DNA of 63,919 nucleotides, the filler included, from Bigelowiella natans CCMP2755 (taxonomy: Eukaryota; Protista; Cercozoa), in NCBI GenBank assembly GCA_000320545.1. It is 5 parts of 5 records of this genome, joined end to end, with 100 filler letters (N's around TTAATTAATTAA, not from the genome) between each part and the next. Parts side by side here need not be neighbours in the genome. Positions count along the whole stretch, not along the records: positions 1 to 22,905 come from ADNK01000259.1; 4 more parts are not named here. One strand, written 5' to 3'. Every line of letters starts with the position of its first letter. Positions within the stretch are counted from its first letter, which is position 1. This document shows positions 1 to 12,314 of the stretch, piece by piece. Below the pieces are notes generated by a model. It had not been told where the DNA came from, searched no databases, and saw only the letters and a list, made by a program, of their open reading frames with translations. The position numbers and the translations under genes are program-made.

Positions 1-287
1 GCTAGAGTTACCACATGAGATAGTTATGTGAGTGCAGGAGAATACGCACCTTGATGTATGGCATCGGATTAGAGATGAGAGGAAGTAGAAGACACGCCTC
101 ATATGTATACTCCCAATTTACTACAACTAGGCTGAAAATTCCGAGTATTTTTCAAGCAAACTGAACAGTATTCATTGTCTCACTCCTTTCGACGGAGCAA
201 GAATGTGTTGGAAAAACATCGTTCGTTCAATTGTATCAGGGCTAATTGGGAAGAGTACTTGCACCAGAATTTCCCCAATCCATCTCT

Positions 288-326
<39 letters not shown>

Positions 327-892
327 CACACACAAACACACACACACACACACACACATAAATGCATATTAATGCAGGCTTCAAATTTTGATGCTATCTT
401 TTTCCTTCCCCTCATTGGCACGCAATGGCGTAGATATTCGCAGCCGTGAAGAAGATATCCCAGGGGAAGAAGTATGTGATCGTAGATGGTGTTGGGTAAG
501 AAAGAACTCACAGCAGCATAACATCCAGACAAAAGAGAACAAAACAAAACAAAAAGTAAAAAGAGAAGGGATTAGAGGAAGGGCTCGGTGAGAAACGAAG
601 GAGGTCTCTTTTATATTGGCGACATAATACAATGGAAATTGCACGCATAACTACACGTCGTGCCCGGCGCGACGATCCTTATCAAATTGGCGTGTCCCTA
701 AACTCAGATATCCAGCGGTCGGTTCCATAACGGGTACTTCAAATGCCCAAATAGCAGCCAAGCTCAATGTTCCAGTCGTATTGGTATTGTTATTCTTTTC
801 AAGGACGGAAGAACCCTGAAGAACAACAAGAATAACAACTACCGATGCCCATCATATCAAGATGCTTGTACCACCACCACCACCACTACTAT

Positions 893-927
<35 letters not shown>

Positions 928-1085
928 TGATGAGTATTGACGTGTTCTCCTCCTCAGGTGGGAGGCAAAGGAGTTGGAAATGCTGTAGATTCGACGAATC
1001 TAAATACTGCGTACTTTAACTCGTTCGGTAGTGTCCATGCTTGCATGATGGTGGTCCTCGGAACATATAATAACTACCTGCCTGT

Positions 1086-1132
<47 letters not shown>

Positions 1133-1541
1133 ACTAGTGTTCTACATCACTACCAGCAGCAGCACAGCCACCTACTACAATTTGTGATATCATCCAACAA
1201 GGTGTGTCGGTTCTTGGTAGCATATTCAACAAACTACCTGAGGAAGGCTATTACAGCAGAGTCAAGTGTAAGGTACATGTGCATCCCTATCTACTACGAC
1301 CTCTCACATTGATGATGATGATGATGACGATAATATAGTAGTAATAAATAGTAGTATTTGTAGTAGTAGTAGTTGTGCGAGAAGTACACTATAAGCTGGC
1401 AATTGCGTGCGTATGAAAGGTCAATATTGAATCAATAATGACAAATTGACTACAACCTTTAGGAGGCAGTGGAATCATACTACAATCAGTGAGCGACAAT
1501 GCACATGCCACACACATACACACACATATGTGCATATAAAT

Positions 1542-1589
<48 letters not shown>

Positions 1590-3355
1590 GTATATATTTA
1601 TATGTGTGTGTGTGTGTGTGTGTGTGAGTGTGTGTTTTGTGTAATTTTTTCCAAATGTGCCATCATATGTATATCTTATCATGAGAAGTTAATGCTCTTC
1701 CCTCCCCCCCGTTCAGGTTCAAACCTAACCACAGGATCTACGGTTTCATACCGGAAATAAAGGTATTGATGTTGCAAGTATTTGGTGGCATCGTGGGATG
1801 TGGGGTGTGAGGTTGTTAAAACGACGACGATAATTGTAATGACCACACAGGCGCAGATAATAAGTGTCCCAACGGCGACGGCTATTGTGATGATGGCGGT
1901 ATAACAACTACATTGGTTTTAGGAGTTAGTGGGAGCTAATAAGAAGCCGTCGGCGCCCAGTTCAGAGGAAAGAGCCCCGTAAGAAAACGATGAAAATACT
2001 GCACAGCGGAGAGAACAAATAGGAAAAAAAATGATACTCCTTCACTGCTACACTCATTATTAACCCCAGCCCCCCGCCCCTCCCCCCTCTCTCTCTCCAC
2101 ACACACCGACCAATTCCACCACCGCCACTAACAGCAACAACATCTTGAACAATAACGCAGAGGAAAACAAACGAACAAGCAGCTGAAGGCATCTGACGAT
2201 GTTAGAATGGTAATTATGGTATAAACGGAGGCTTCCTAAATTAGTTGCTGTTATAGCGTCCAGTTTTGGTTGTTCTATTGCTCGCTTGTGCTTTCATTGC
2301 CTTCATCATAACGGGCCTTCATTCTCGTTACTTTTCTGGTACAGACCAAGTCAGAAGCGGCTGTTGCAGAGATTCTGATCAAACTGTGAGTTTGTGATGG
2401 TGTAGTAGTGATGGTGATTTACATCTTATCCTTATCAGGGAACACCTTTGTTCGATTTTCTGTTGCACTCTATGTTGAGGGAGGAATCATCAGCATTCTA
2501 CCTTCCTCAGCAACTCAACTACAAACATCTCAGTTTTTGAGGAAAATTACGTCGCATGTAGATAATGTCTGTAATTCTTCTTCTTCTTCTTATATTTATT
2601 TATGTTGCTCAAAGGTTTATGAAGTTCGTTGATGTTGAATCGATAGTCCAAGATGCCAAACCGACAGTTTTCAGTGATGATAATGATGAAGGCAAAGATG
2701 CCTCACCACTTACATCTGAAAAGGCACTTGTGAAAGACCAGCAAGGTGGTATAAGCTTCAATATAAGCTTCAATATAAGCTTCCTCATTTCTCTCTCTCT
2801 TGACGAAAGTTGTAACTGCACTTGCTCACCTTTCTTTGTTTCCACCCTCATCATTTCTTGTAGTACCGTCCACTTTGTCTTTTGATCATGCAGTAACTGT
2901 TAAAAAGATTATATGATAAAATAAACAATTTATTCTTATGATTTATATTTTTGGTATTAGACGAGGGCAAGCAAGATATTGTTTCGCGCGACGAAATCGA
3001 GGAGATTGCTCGATGTGAGGGTGGGTCAGGGGGATGAGGTGGTGGTGGCCCTTAAATACCATTACATTTTGAGGGCCACCGAATCCATAAATACGTGCAC
3101 ATAAATAACTACCGCTCCTAGAAACTGCATATTTTATGCTCATTCATTGTGAGGTACGCTTGGAGAAAATGAAGTTTTAGCAGATAAAATCGTGACAAAC
3201 GAGCTTGCTAAAGCTGATAACATTAGTATTGTGAGGCACATGAAAGCTGAATGCAAACAGTCTTACTATGTCTATGAATTATGCGTTACGTTAGATTTTT
3301 AACAAACCAGCAAATTGAAAAGACTTCTGAAATAAGTTGTGTGCATCACCAATAG
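1..3355 (+). CDS. 3' part of a many-exon gene, unknown product (5' end outside window)
   Basis: Regular series of short AG...GT-flanked, open + strand segments between microsatellite introns, e.g. 2614-2747 FMKFVDVESIVQDAKP, ~2345 TKSEAAVAEILIKL, ~2961 TRASKILFRATKSRRLLD. Last candidate exon FLTNQQIEKTSEISCVHHQ-TAG at 3353-3355. No family recognised. Confidence 0.5.
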
Positions 3356-4059
3356 CAGCCATTTTAAAACACAGCAGACTAGCATTTTTGAGTTCGATGC
3401 CATGCAGTATGCCTAGACATTTCGATATCAGATGTTGGTTAGAAGTGCTAGATTGTTTGACATGCCGCGATGTGCATATTTAGATATGTTGTGTACATCA
3501 TTGCATAACAGCGCATTATGAACAACAGTAGGCGCATGTGAGCATTACTGACTGCTCTGGCACTAGCTAGCTACGGCACAGCAGTTTGCTTCATCTAGTT
3601 ATTGTTTGATCGAAACGGTCCCTCACTTATCATGCACTACTAGACTACACGACTTGTCTACTTATTGTGATGATCCTAGAAATTTCGTTCAGGTGCACGT
3701 GCTGAATTTGATTGGATTGCTTGTCTAATTTAATTGGCGAATCATGCATGCCAAATGCCTTCTATCATGCATAGGCAGAAAGGCACAGCAGTTCAAGTTG
3801 CCAAGCTAAATGTAAATATCAAGAGACCATGTTTGTAGCATTTATTGTAGATGCTCACAGCTAGCTTCAGTTTGATTTTCGAGAATTCGATGCATAATAA
3901 AGAGACCAGCCGTTTGCCATCAAGCCGAGATAGAAAAATATGTCGATGCCCCAATCGTATGCTGTCCCCATGATTAGTGCAAAATGTAAAATAACATATT
4001 AGAATTAAAGTGACTATCTTTCATAGAGGGGAAAACTTGACACATGATGAATAATCTAT

Positions 4060-4430
4060 CACCCTCAGCGACCTTGTCTCTCTTCCTCAAGCGCTTCCTC
4101 ATATGAGGTGGTGCTATACGCTTGTTCGAAAAATACAATCTGTATTGAAAAAATTTGAGAAATCAGATTTGGTTAAGATCGCTATCGATATTTGCTTTAC
4201 CATGCAGAACGCAATTATAATTGGCATCAGTACTAAACCAAAGCAAATGAGAGATTTCAATTTCTTGATCATTCTTTTTTGAGCTTGCATAATTAGTTCT
4301 GGTATAATTAATAAGGAGTTATTTGGTACAAATTATAATTTAGGATCACATTTTCAGCATCATGGAAAGAAAAAAAGAGGACCCGATTGTACATGATGAG
4401 GACCAGATGGTGCATCATCCATGATATTTT
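4060..4430 (-). mobile_element. possible highly degenerate RNase H relic
   Basis: Minus-strand fragments IMDDAPSGPHHVQSG, WFSTDANY and PH...DKVA fall in the order of the RNase H motifs DG, TDS.Y and H..GNE.AD, but are broken by stops and frameshifts. Confidence 0.25.
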
Positions 4431-4699
4431 TTTCGTTCCGTGGATTGTACTGATTGGAACTGTATCTTACGCCTCTCTGAGGTGTGCAGGGTCCTCTGGA
4501 TGTTTGCACAACCCCCGTATTCGAGGAAACGTGAGCTCTCGGTGAATTTATTACCGACAATTGCAAAACAATAGTGGCGTCACTTTTGTTATCTGTTTTC
4601 ATAAAATAAAAGCAACATGTAATGGGACAATAGGCGTTTATTCACTCCATCTATAAATACCATTTATGTTTATCATGGTTTGACCCAAACTCCTTGTTG

Positions 4700-5100
4700 A
4701 CCTGCCCGATCTTTTTGTATCCTTTAGAACCAAAATATGTGAAGAGTCACATGTTGAATCGCACAAATATATAACTATCATCCAGTACTGGTGTTGGGAA
4801 CGTCTCCTGGGTTTTTAAAAGCAAAGCTCTTAGTCTGACTGCAGACATCACCACCATGGCTCCACCAATCGCAACCTTACACAGCACAAGTTGGATATAT
4901 TTGGTCGATGTTGAAATTTTTGGTTAGTAAGTAGTAAAGCTAAGAATTCCGTTTCACCGTGGCAACAGCTGCAAAGTATCGAGAGGAGTTCCACCTCAAA
5001 CTATTTGTGATGAGAACTCCCACTAGCCCAGCAAACATGGAAGTGGATACAATTGACATTCCTGCAATGATATTATCATCATTTGGAAAAAAAAATGAAA
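4700..5100 (+). pseudogene. decayed C2H2 zinc-finger coding array
   Basis: 4703 CPIFLYPLEPKYVKSHMLNR; 4840 CRHHHHGSTNRNLTQHKL; further C-x2 starts near 4970 (SCKV) and 5060 (HSCND..LSSFGKK). Confidence 0.55.
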
Positions 5101-5409
5101 GGATTTTCAGGCAATTAAAGAAGGTATACCGAGAAATACGAGCTTTGGAAGATTTGCAGGCGCAAATTTAGTCATGAGTGTCGCTGCATATGCCGCGTTG
5201 GACAATATCAAGGCTAAGAACTGAACCAATTACAACAATAAGGACATGTGTAATAGCACGAAAATATCACTATCATTAATATTTGGATGAAAAACTATTG
5301 TACCAGCAACTGATTAAGCTGGAGGCCCTATGAAGTTGGCATATTTGATATGTTAAAACGGAATGGTGCAGATTGAATCAGGTCAAACTGTATTCAACCG
5401 TTGATACAG

Positions 5410-5750
5410 CTGAGAACGTCAAATATATCTCCCATTCATATCCGTAGGGATTATGTAGACCAGGGACCCATGCCAGATAAATAAGTGATATGATCTGCGA
5501 TCGTTGTTGTAAATATTTAGATGAGACGATAAGATACATAGGGTATTTGAACGTACCGCGCAAGAACTCTTGATTCTCCATAGGTTTACATTTGATTCAT
5601 TTCGTATTTTAACTGCAGCATAGGATAGCTGCCTGTCATGATGGACAATTAGAGAAAATTCATCGCAGGTGCCCCTCACCCTCAAATCAATGAAAACAAA
5701 AATATAATTGACCACGCACTGAAGAGCCCTTTAATTGTGTCACTGATGAC
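5410..5750 (-). mobile_element. degenerate retroelement-type RNase H C-terminal fragment
   Basis: IYLAWVPGLHNPYGYEWEIYLT (5485-5420) resembles the non-LTR RNase H motif I.L.WVPGH....GNE.AD.LA. Upstream IVHHDRQLSYAAV resembles I.I.SDSQ.AL.AI. Confidence 0.45.
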
Positions 5751-5886
5751 CCTGGAAGAAAATAACAAAGTGATTTTGAGTTTAATCCTTCTAACATGTT
5801 TTAGCGTCGTTGCCTCACCATCCAAGGACAGCGTCATTCATTCCCAGGCAGTGCTCGGTGCTGTGGTTGCTCAAAATGTTGACGGA

Positions 5887-6140
5887 TTTCCTTGTCGCAC
5901 ATAGAAAAAGGGCTCTCCATACCGACGTCGCAAGCGGGAAAAGGGATCTTGATCTGTGTCGTTGAAATAATATGAACAAGAAATCGCAGTAAAATATTTA
6001 GAACTTAATTACTAGATTACTAGAATTAACTGTCATAAATTTCTTGTCGTACTGTATATTTACCCTTCATTTCCTGAAATTCTCTGGGATACTGCCACAC
6101 TGCCAGAGTGTTTGGGTCGAGCACCATCTGCTCGTATCTG
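5887..6140 (+). pseudogene. decayed C2H2 fingers just upstream of the Kir gene
   Basis: 5887 FPCRT*KKGSPYRRRKRE; 6090 YC(frameshift)HCQSVWVEHHLLVS. Confidence 0.55.
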
Positions 6141-6270
6141 CTCTGTGACCCGATTGACCTCAGACGACCAGGACTAGGGACCATTGTTCATTCTGGGCCT
6201 GCTCACACCCTGAGCTGACCTTTTTGTCGTCAAATTTGAGTAACTATCCAATTCAATCTAGCAGGGATCG

Positions 6271-7431
6271 ATGAATATTGGCAATGGAAGAAGTGGTAGT
6301 GATGGGGGGGATTACAAAGAGCTGCTTACCCAGCCCTTGAACCCAAGTGGACCCTACACAACTGCCTCCCGACCTACGTCCGAGACACACATGCAAAGCC
6401 TTATCCCTCGGTTGCGAGGGTACTACGTGGAAGCTACCCACATTATGCTGCTGTACACACAAATGATTGCAGAGGCTAACCATGATATACAAATGCGGAT
6501 TAGTTCGGGATGTGGTAGTTTGCTGTGTTGGTGGAAAATCTAACCCTCTCGCCCTCCTTTGGCAGGAGCACGCAGACGGGAAAGCCCCGTCTTTCGATGC
6601 ATCGACACGGAGTAATATACACTTCCAGATGTTTCCTCTTTTGTACTGTAAAGCATTTATTCTCCGCCCCCGCTACTGCCACAACTATTATGAAGGTTGA
6701 CCGTTGGATAGCTTGGGATGACACTTTCCATTCTCTTATTGATATGCCGACAAGGTGCCACCCATTTCTATCTAACTACTACTATGACTACTTTCAATCC
6801 TTGCACAATCAGTGCTATGTGATGTTGGGAAGATTTCATCAATTCCTCATATATTGCTACTGATGCTATGTTCAGACGACTGGTGATTGTGGTGCTCCTG
6901 GTTTATTTGCTATTCAACCTCTCTGTAAGAACGACCTAGCAATTCACCCGAACAATGACTGTGGGAGAATTTTCGAATGAACAAAAAAATATAGCGATGA
7001 AATACATAGTTTTTTATCGGTACATATTGTTGCTTACTACCACTCGAAGTTGAATTGGGTTGGTATCGCCCATAGGCTGCTCTGATATTCTGGAGCCTAT
7101 CAAAGTCGTGTAAACTGGATATCCAAGACTTTAATTCGGTCACAACAAGAAGAAAAACGGCTTGTGTGTGATGAGGCGCAGTTCCTTCATTCACCTTAAT
7201 TTAGCATTGAGAAACCACAGATTATTCACTCACGATGAAAATGATGTCCAGGCATTTCTGTTCAGTATTGAGACGACCATGACAATCGGATACGGGTAGT
7301 AAACAAGCACATATCAGAGTAGTAGCTGATAGAATTAAGCATAAGAAATCATCTAGTCATCATTCGCCAGCATGCATCTACCGCGCTGTCGGCACACACG
7401 CACGCACAAAAGCCAGGAAATAAGACGCACT

Positions 7432-7462
<31 letters not shown>

Positions 7463-9109
7463 TGGATTAATAGTGATAATAGTAGTCTACGAATGGACGT
7501 TGACTAATATCTTCCGTGTTAAAAGCTGCTGCTACGAATATAAGCCGTCACGCTGTACCGCATTGGGTAATGTATATTGGTCAGGTTGCGATCGGATGAT
7601 CCGTACATGGATGGATGTGAGGGGTAGATGATGATCATGATGATGATATACAGAGCATGCTATTGGAAGCTGATGTGGGAGGTGGATGGAATGAGTATCT
7701 TTGCTATTTGGTGCAAAGGTTTCCTGCGGTTCTGTTCTTCGTAATGGTCGCATCTACAGCCCTGGATGCTTGTCTCCTTGGTACTATGAATGGAGAGAAT
7801 GAAGAGGAATACTGCTGCTGCTGCTGCTGGTGGTGATGATGATGGTGGCGGTGGTGCTAGGCATCGTTGTGTAAACATTATCATCATGATCATGATCATC
7901 ATCATCATCATCTTATCGTGACATTGATCTTCTCTCCTTATTCTTCCGTTTCAGGTCTGCTCTATGGACGGTTGTCCCGTGCTGACAAAAGAGGCAGATC
8001 CATCTGTTTCTCCAACAAGGCCATCATTCGGAGAATCAATAACATCCCATATTTCATGTTCCAAGTGTGTGCGATATAACTAATGGCAAGTGATTGCTAG
8101 AGTGGGTTGAGGGACGTGGCAGGGAGAGGACGGGCAAAGGGGTGGACATCAAGTAGTGACCATCATTGTTCTTGTGTGTTGTTGTGTTAATAACAGCTCT
8201 GCGAAATGCGATCACATCAACTTGTGGAGGCACATGTAGGAAGGAAGATGAAGAAGAAGAAGAAAAATAAGAGTGTCCTCGACTAGCGCATGCTACTATT
8301 CCTGCTCCGCCACAGTCATATAACATCCAGCACGTCGTCGTCTCTAAAACAACAACAATAACAACTTCTTTTTCTTTACCATTGAATAGGTTCGGTGCTA
8401 CATGGTCTCCAGATGGCCTGCATATGATGATGATGAGGAGGAGGAGGAGGAGGGGGGGGGGGAGGGGGATACTATTGTCAATGGCGATTATGATGAAGGC
8501 AACAGCCAGAGCAACGAAGATCATCAGGGTAAGTCGAGGATGATGAAGAGGAGGAGGATGATAATTTTGCTGATTGTAGCGTTGGCAATGCTGATGGTGA
8601 CGTTGGTACCAGTGATGATGATGACGACGAAGAACACGACGGCGACGATGATGATGATGATGATGATGAAGCTCACAATGCAGCCACAACACTAAGAGCA
8701 TAATTCTAATTCCATCTGCTATTTAGATTCTTTTTCACCAACGGCTTTTAGTAACAGCAGCGGTAGTAATGAGGGGGGTACGAGAAGGAGGCCAACCTCC
8801 AAAGTTAATAGAGGGAAAAAGAAGAAAAAGAAAAGGAAGAAGAGAATGGTCTATCTTCAACAGCAAGCGCTTCGCTTACAAGTTGTTTTGTAGTGTGTAT
8901 AAGCACTATCACCCATCATTTACATCAAATTATCAAATAATCAACATCACAAACAAACAGATGGTTTATCTAACAGTTATTTTATCTTTTCTACTTGTCT
9001 ACCTGCGCGCGCGCACACACTCACCCACACACACACACACACACACACATTTATTTACTACTAGATATTTTGTAGATCCTATCTCTATGATGTTAATACG
9101 TCGTCATTT

Positions 9110-9168
<59 letters not shown>

Positions 9169-10259
9169 TGTGTGTTTCCTTCTTTTCTGGTCCAGAAATT
9201 GAATAGAAACGCATTATCCTAATCATCATCGTCATTCTCATCATCGTAGGTTCCTGATGACGAATTGGGTGGCATGCTATTTTTAGGGTGATGAGTTATG
9301 AGGAAAAGAATAATAATAATAATAATAAGAAGAAGAAGAAGAAGAAGAAGAAAATGATTAATAATCATAACAATGGTGATTACAAATGAGTAATGATTAA
9401 TAGAATAAACTCGCCCATCTTCTTCTCCAGAGAATACGAGTATATTCGTGATAATTAGAGCAATCATTTGTAGTAGTAGTCTTCATGTACATAGCACATC
9501 AGTATTGCTACTACCACTACCACTACTACTACTACTACTATTACTACCACTGTCAATGAATCTGCTACACGTTTTGTACCGTGTAGGTTGCCATCAGTTG
9601 TTGTTCATCGTATCGACGCATGGTCCCCTCTTCTTCCAAAGCATCACCAAAATAATGTCCGCTGAGACGCATAAACAATAATGATAATGATACGTAAATG
9701 CTTGATGAATGTGTGCATGACTAGCGAGAGGCTTGCCACCCATCTCAATCAACAACGTCTACACGATATATGCTTTCGTCAAACCAATAAATCTTAGTTA
9801 GGCAGCACCTTCTAGCTCGGCGAGATATCATCCGCCTTTTCACGCTACTCAAATCTTAAAACCGTGCGCTTGTGCTTATGTTCCGAGCAGGATGGTGATA
9901 ATGCCGTCCTTCCTCATAGCAGTCGTCGTCATCGTCATCCTCGCCATCATCATCCTGGGTCTCATCCACTACCACATGATCCACGACATCAGCACAGATT
10001 CCCTGATATCCTTCAGAGAGGTAATAATCTTTTTCTCCTTCTTCTTCCTCTTCTTCTTCTTCTTCTTATTCTTCTTCTTCTGTAGCAGCATCCCTACATA
10101 GCATGTTACTTATGGCACTACAACTCGTGAATTTACTGATTTCGATAGAAGATAAAGTTGAGATGATGGCTGTTGTCTGTTGTCGATCGAGACTATTCTT
10201 CGTTCTCTAGACTCTCTCTCTCCCTCCCCCCACTTCGAGCCTTCCCCTCTCGTTCTCTA

Positions 10260-10299
<40 letters not shown>

Positions 10300-10968
10300 C
10301 CCATGCATCCCTCTTCATGAACACAATTGTGCATCTTATGATATGGTGGTGTTATTATTATTCTCGACTTATCCATCGTACTACGACCCAGCAAGCGATG
10401 TAGATGCTGGAGAAAGGGAAGGAGCTTTGCCGTTGTCGGCATCATCAACGGTAACATCTCCATATACAGCTTCTGCACCAAAGACCGCAGCTGAAATGGC
10501 AGAGGAAAAGCAGGGATCTAGATCGGAAATGAAGGCAGAAAGGCCTCATCAACAAACACCAAAAAGGCTATCTGGGGGCGAGATCGGAGCACAAAGTACT
10601 GATGATGAGATTGCACAATACCTTCAGGAAGTGAAGGCCGAGTTATTGGTGGTGGTGGAAGGAATCGATCCAGTCACGTCGAATACAGCTTCGAAGGTGC
10701 AGCGAAGCCATTCATTATCCCCTCAAAAAAATTTAATGAAAAGCGAAGCCATGGACAACATCATTTTTTGTCAAATCAACAGCCAAATCACACTTGCCTT
10801 GTTCCTATCCAGATTCACTCGTATACGGCGAAAGATATCGTCTTTGGGCGTAGATTCGCAGCATGCGCTGTCGAAAACGAAGATGGTATTTGTGAGGTAG
10901 ATTTTGAGAGATTCCATGCACTAATTGGTGAGAACGATCAGTTGAATAGACCCGAAGTGCAAAGCTGA
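6271..10968 (+). CDS. inward-rectifier potassium channel (Kir family), multi-exon
   Basis: Exons encode WDDTFHSLIDMP, TM1 RLVIVVLLVYLLFN, CKLDIQDFNS|AFLFSIETTMTIGYG (7252-7295)|LRSDDPYMDG, LDACLLG|LLYGRLSRADKRGRSICFSNKAII, MRSHQLVEAHV, LPSVVVHRIDAWSPL, ELLVVVEGIDPVTS and HSYTAKDIVFGRRF...VDFERFH. Stop at 10968. Confidence 0.95.
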
Positions 10969-11590
10969 GAGATGACGACGACTACGATGACCGTGTTTGA
11001 TGTTCATAAGCGGAGGATAGTACTTCAATCGCCATTAAAGCCTATCATATGCCAGAAAACTTTAGAAGTGCGTCCTCCATCCTTGCTAAGCATGAAGAAA
11101 GTTTGATTCAATTAATGCTGAGATGCGAAATGTTTCGATAGCTAGATAGCTCACTTTTCCTGATGCTTAAAACTCTACAAGTGAACGAATTCGCCTCCAT
11201 AGCTTACGGTTCGTTAGCATGCACTACACTGTATGAATTTAAAGCCAAAAAGTTAAAATAAATATCCATAATTTTGAGTGTTCAGTAATGTGAAGATTAT
11301 GAAGCATTCGACCAATTTTCTGCCACCATACGCTTTTTATCAATTTGATTCGGGGATCATCATCTGCGAGCACTACACGTATAGTCTAGCTTCGCGGCTT
11401 GGCGTGCGTATAACAAACAATCTTGTGTATATGCACTACAATACGCGCATATAGCTAGATAGCAGCAGGCGTATAATGCAAGCTAGCAAATTCGATCAAA
11501 GCATCGGCATCGATCATCTGAAGCCTATTGATGATAAGCTAGATAAGCCTATGGATAGATAGAATGGAGCGCTACACACACACATGCATG

Positions 11591-11656
<66 letters not shown>

Positions 11657-11674
11657 ATTGTGTATTGCTGTGTC

Positions 11675-11719
<45 letters not shown>

Positions 11720-12314
11720 CCTGTCGAAGCTGCTGTAATCCGCACAAAATAAACAAAGATGCATTACTATATCTAGAGATTAATGAGATGGGAAATAATT
11801 GATAACGCCGGGCAGCGGACTGGTAAATTTGCTAATGAGCTATTACGTATCAGCTAGCCATTGCATTTGCATGCTCTCGAGGAAGTAAGAGTGTCAGATG
11901 AGGTGCAATAAGCACTCTCGTCGTGTATGTAGTGTGTCGCTGTGCTGCATCTGCGATTGCACTTACAATATTTTTAAATAGGTTCTCTGATGTTCATTCA
12001 GAATGTAGGCAGCAATGCAACAGTATCGTGCTTAACTTGCTGATAAATAACGGATGTAGTAGCATTTGTGCTATATTGATGTTGTGTTAGTCAAGGACCC
12101 ATTGCAATTACCAAGAAAAGCAACTGTTTGATATGAGCTCCCATCATGAGAAGTGTTATCTGGAGGTGAAAGTATTATAATCTTCCGCTTTTCCACGATT
12201 TGTCATCTCGTTTGTACTTATCGGTACACGCTCGCTGCACTCGATTCCACCCCCCTCCGATGGCGTCGATAAATATTTTGCGTTGGAATGAGAGGCTGCT
12301 AGAGAGCAAGTTTG

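Noticed and set aside
650-816. Minus-strand exon-like frame (GSSVLEKNN...AGHDV*)
   Set aside because: Surrounding splice-site polarity supports a + strand gene, and no consistent minus-strand upstream exons were found.
2750-2782. Short local duplications (12-mer x3 here; also ~10200/10250, ~37400-37440, ~40160-40218)
   Set aside because: Ordinary slippage duplications with no further structure.
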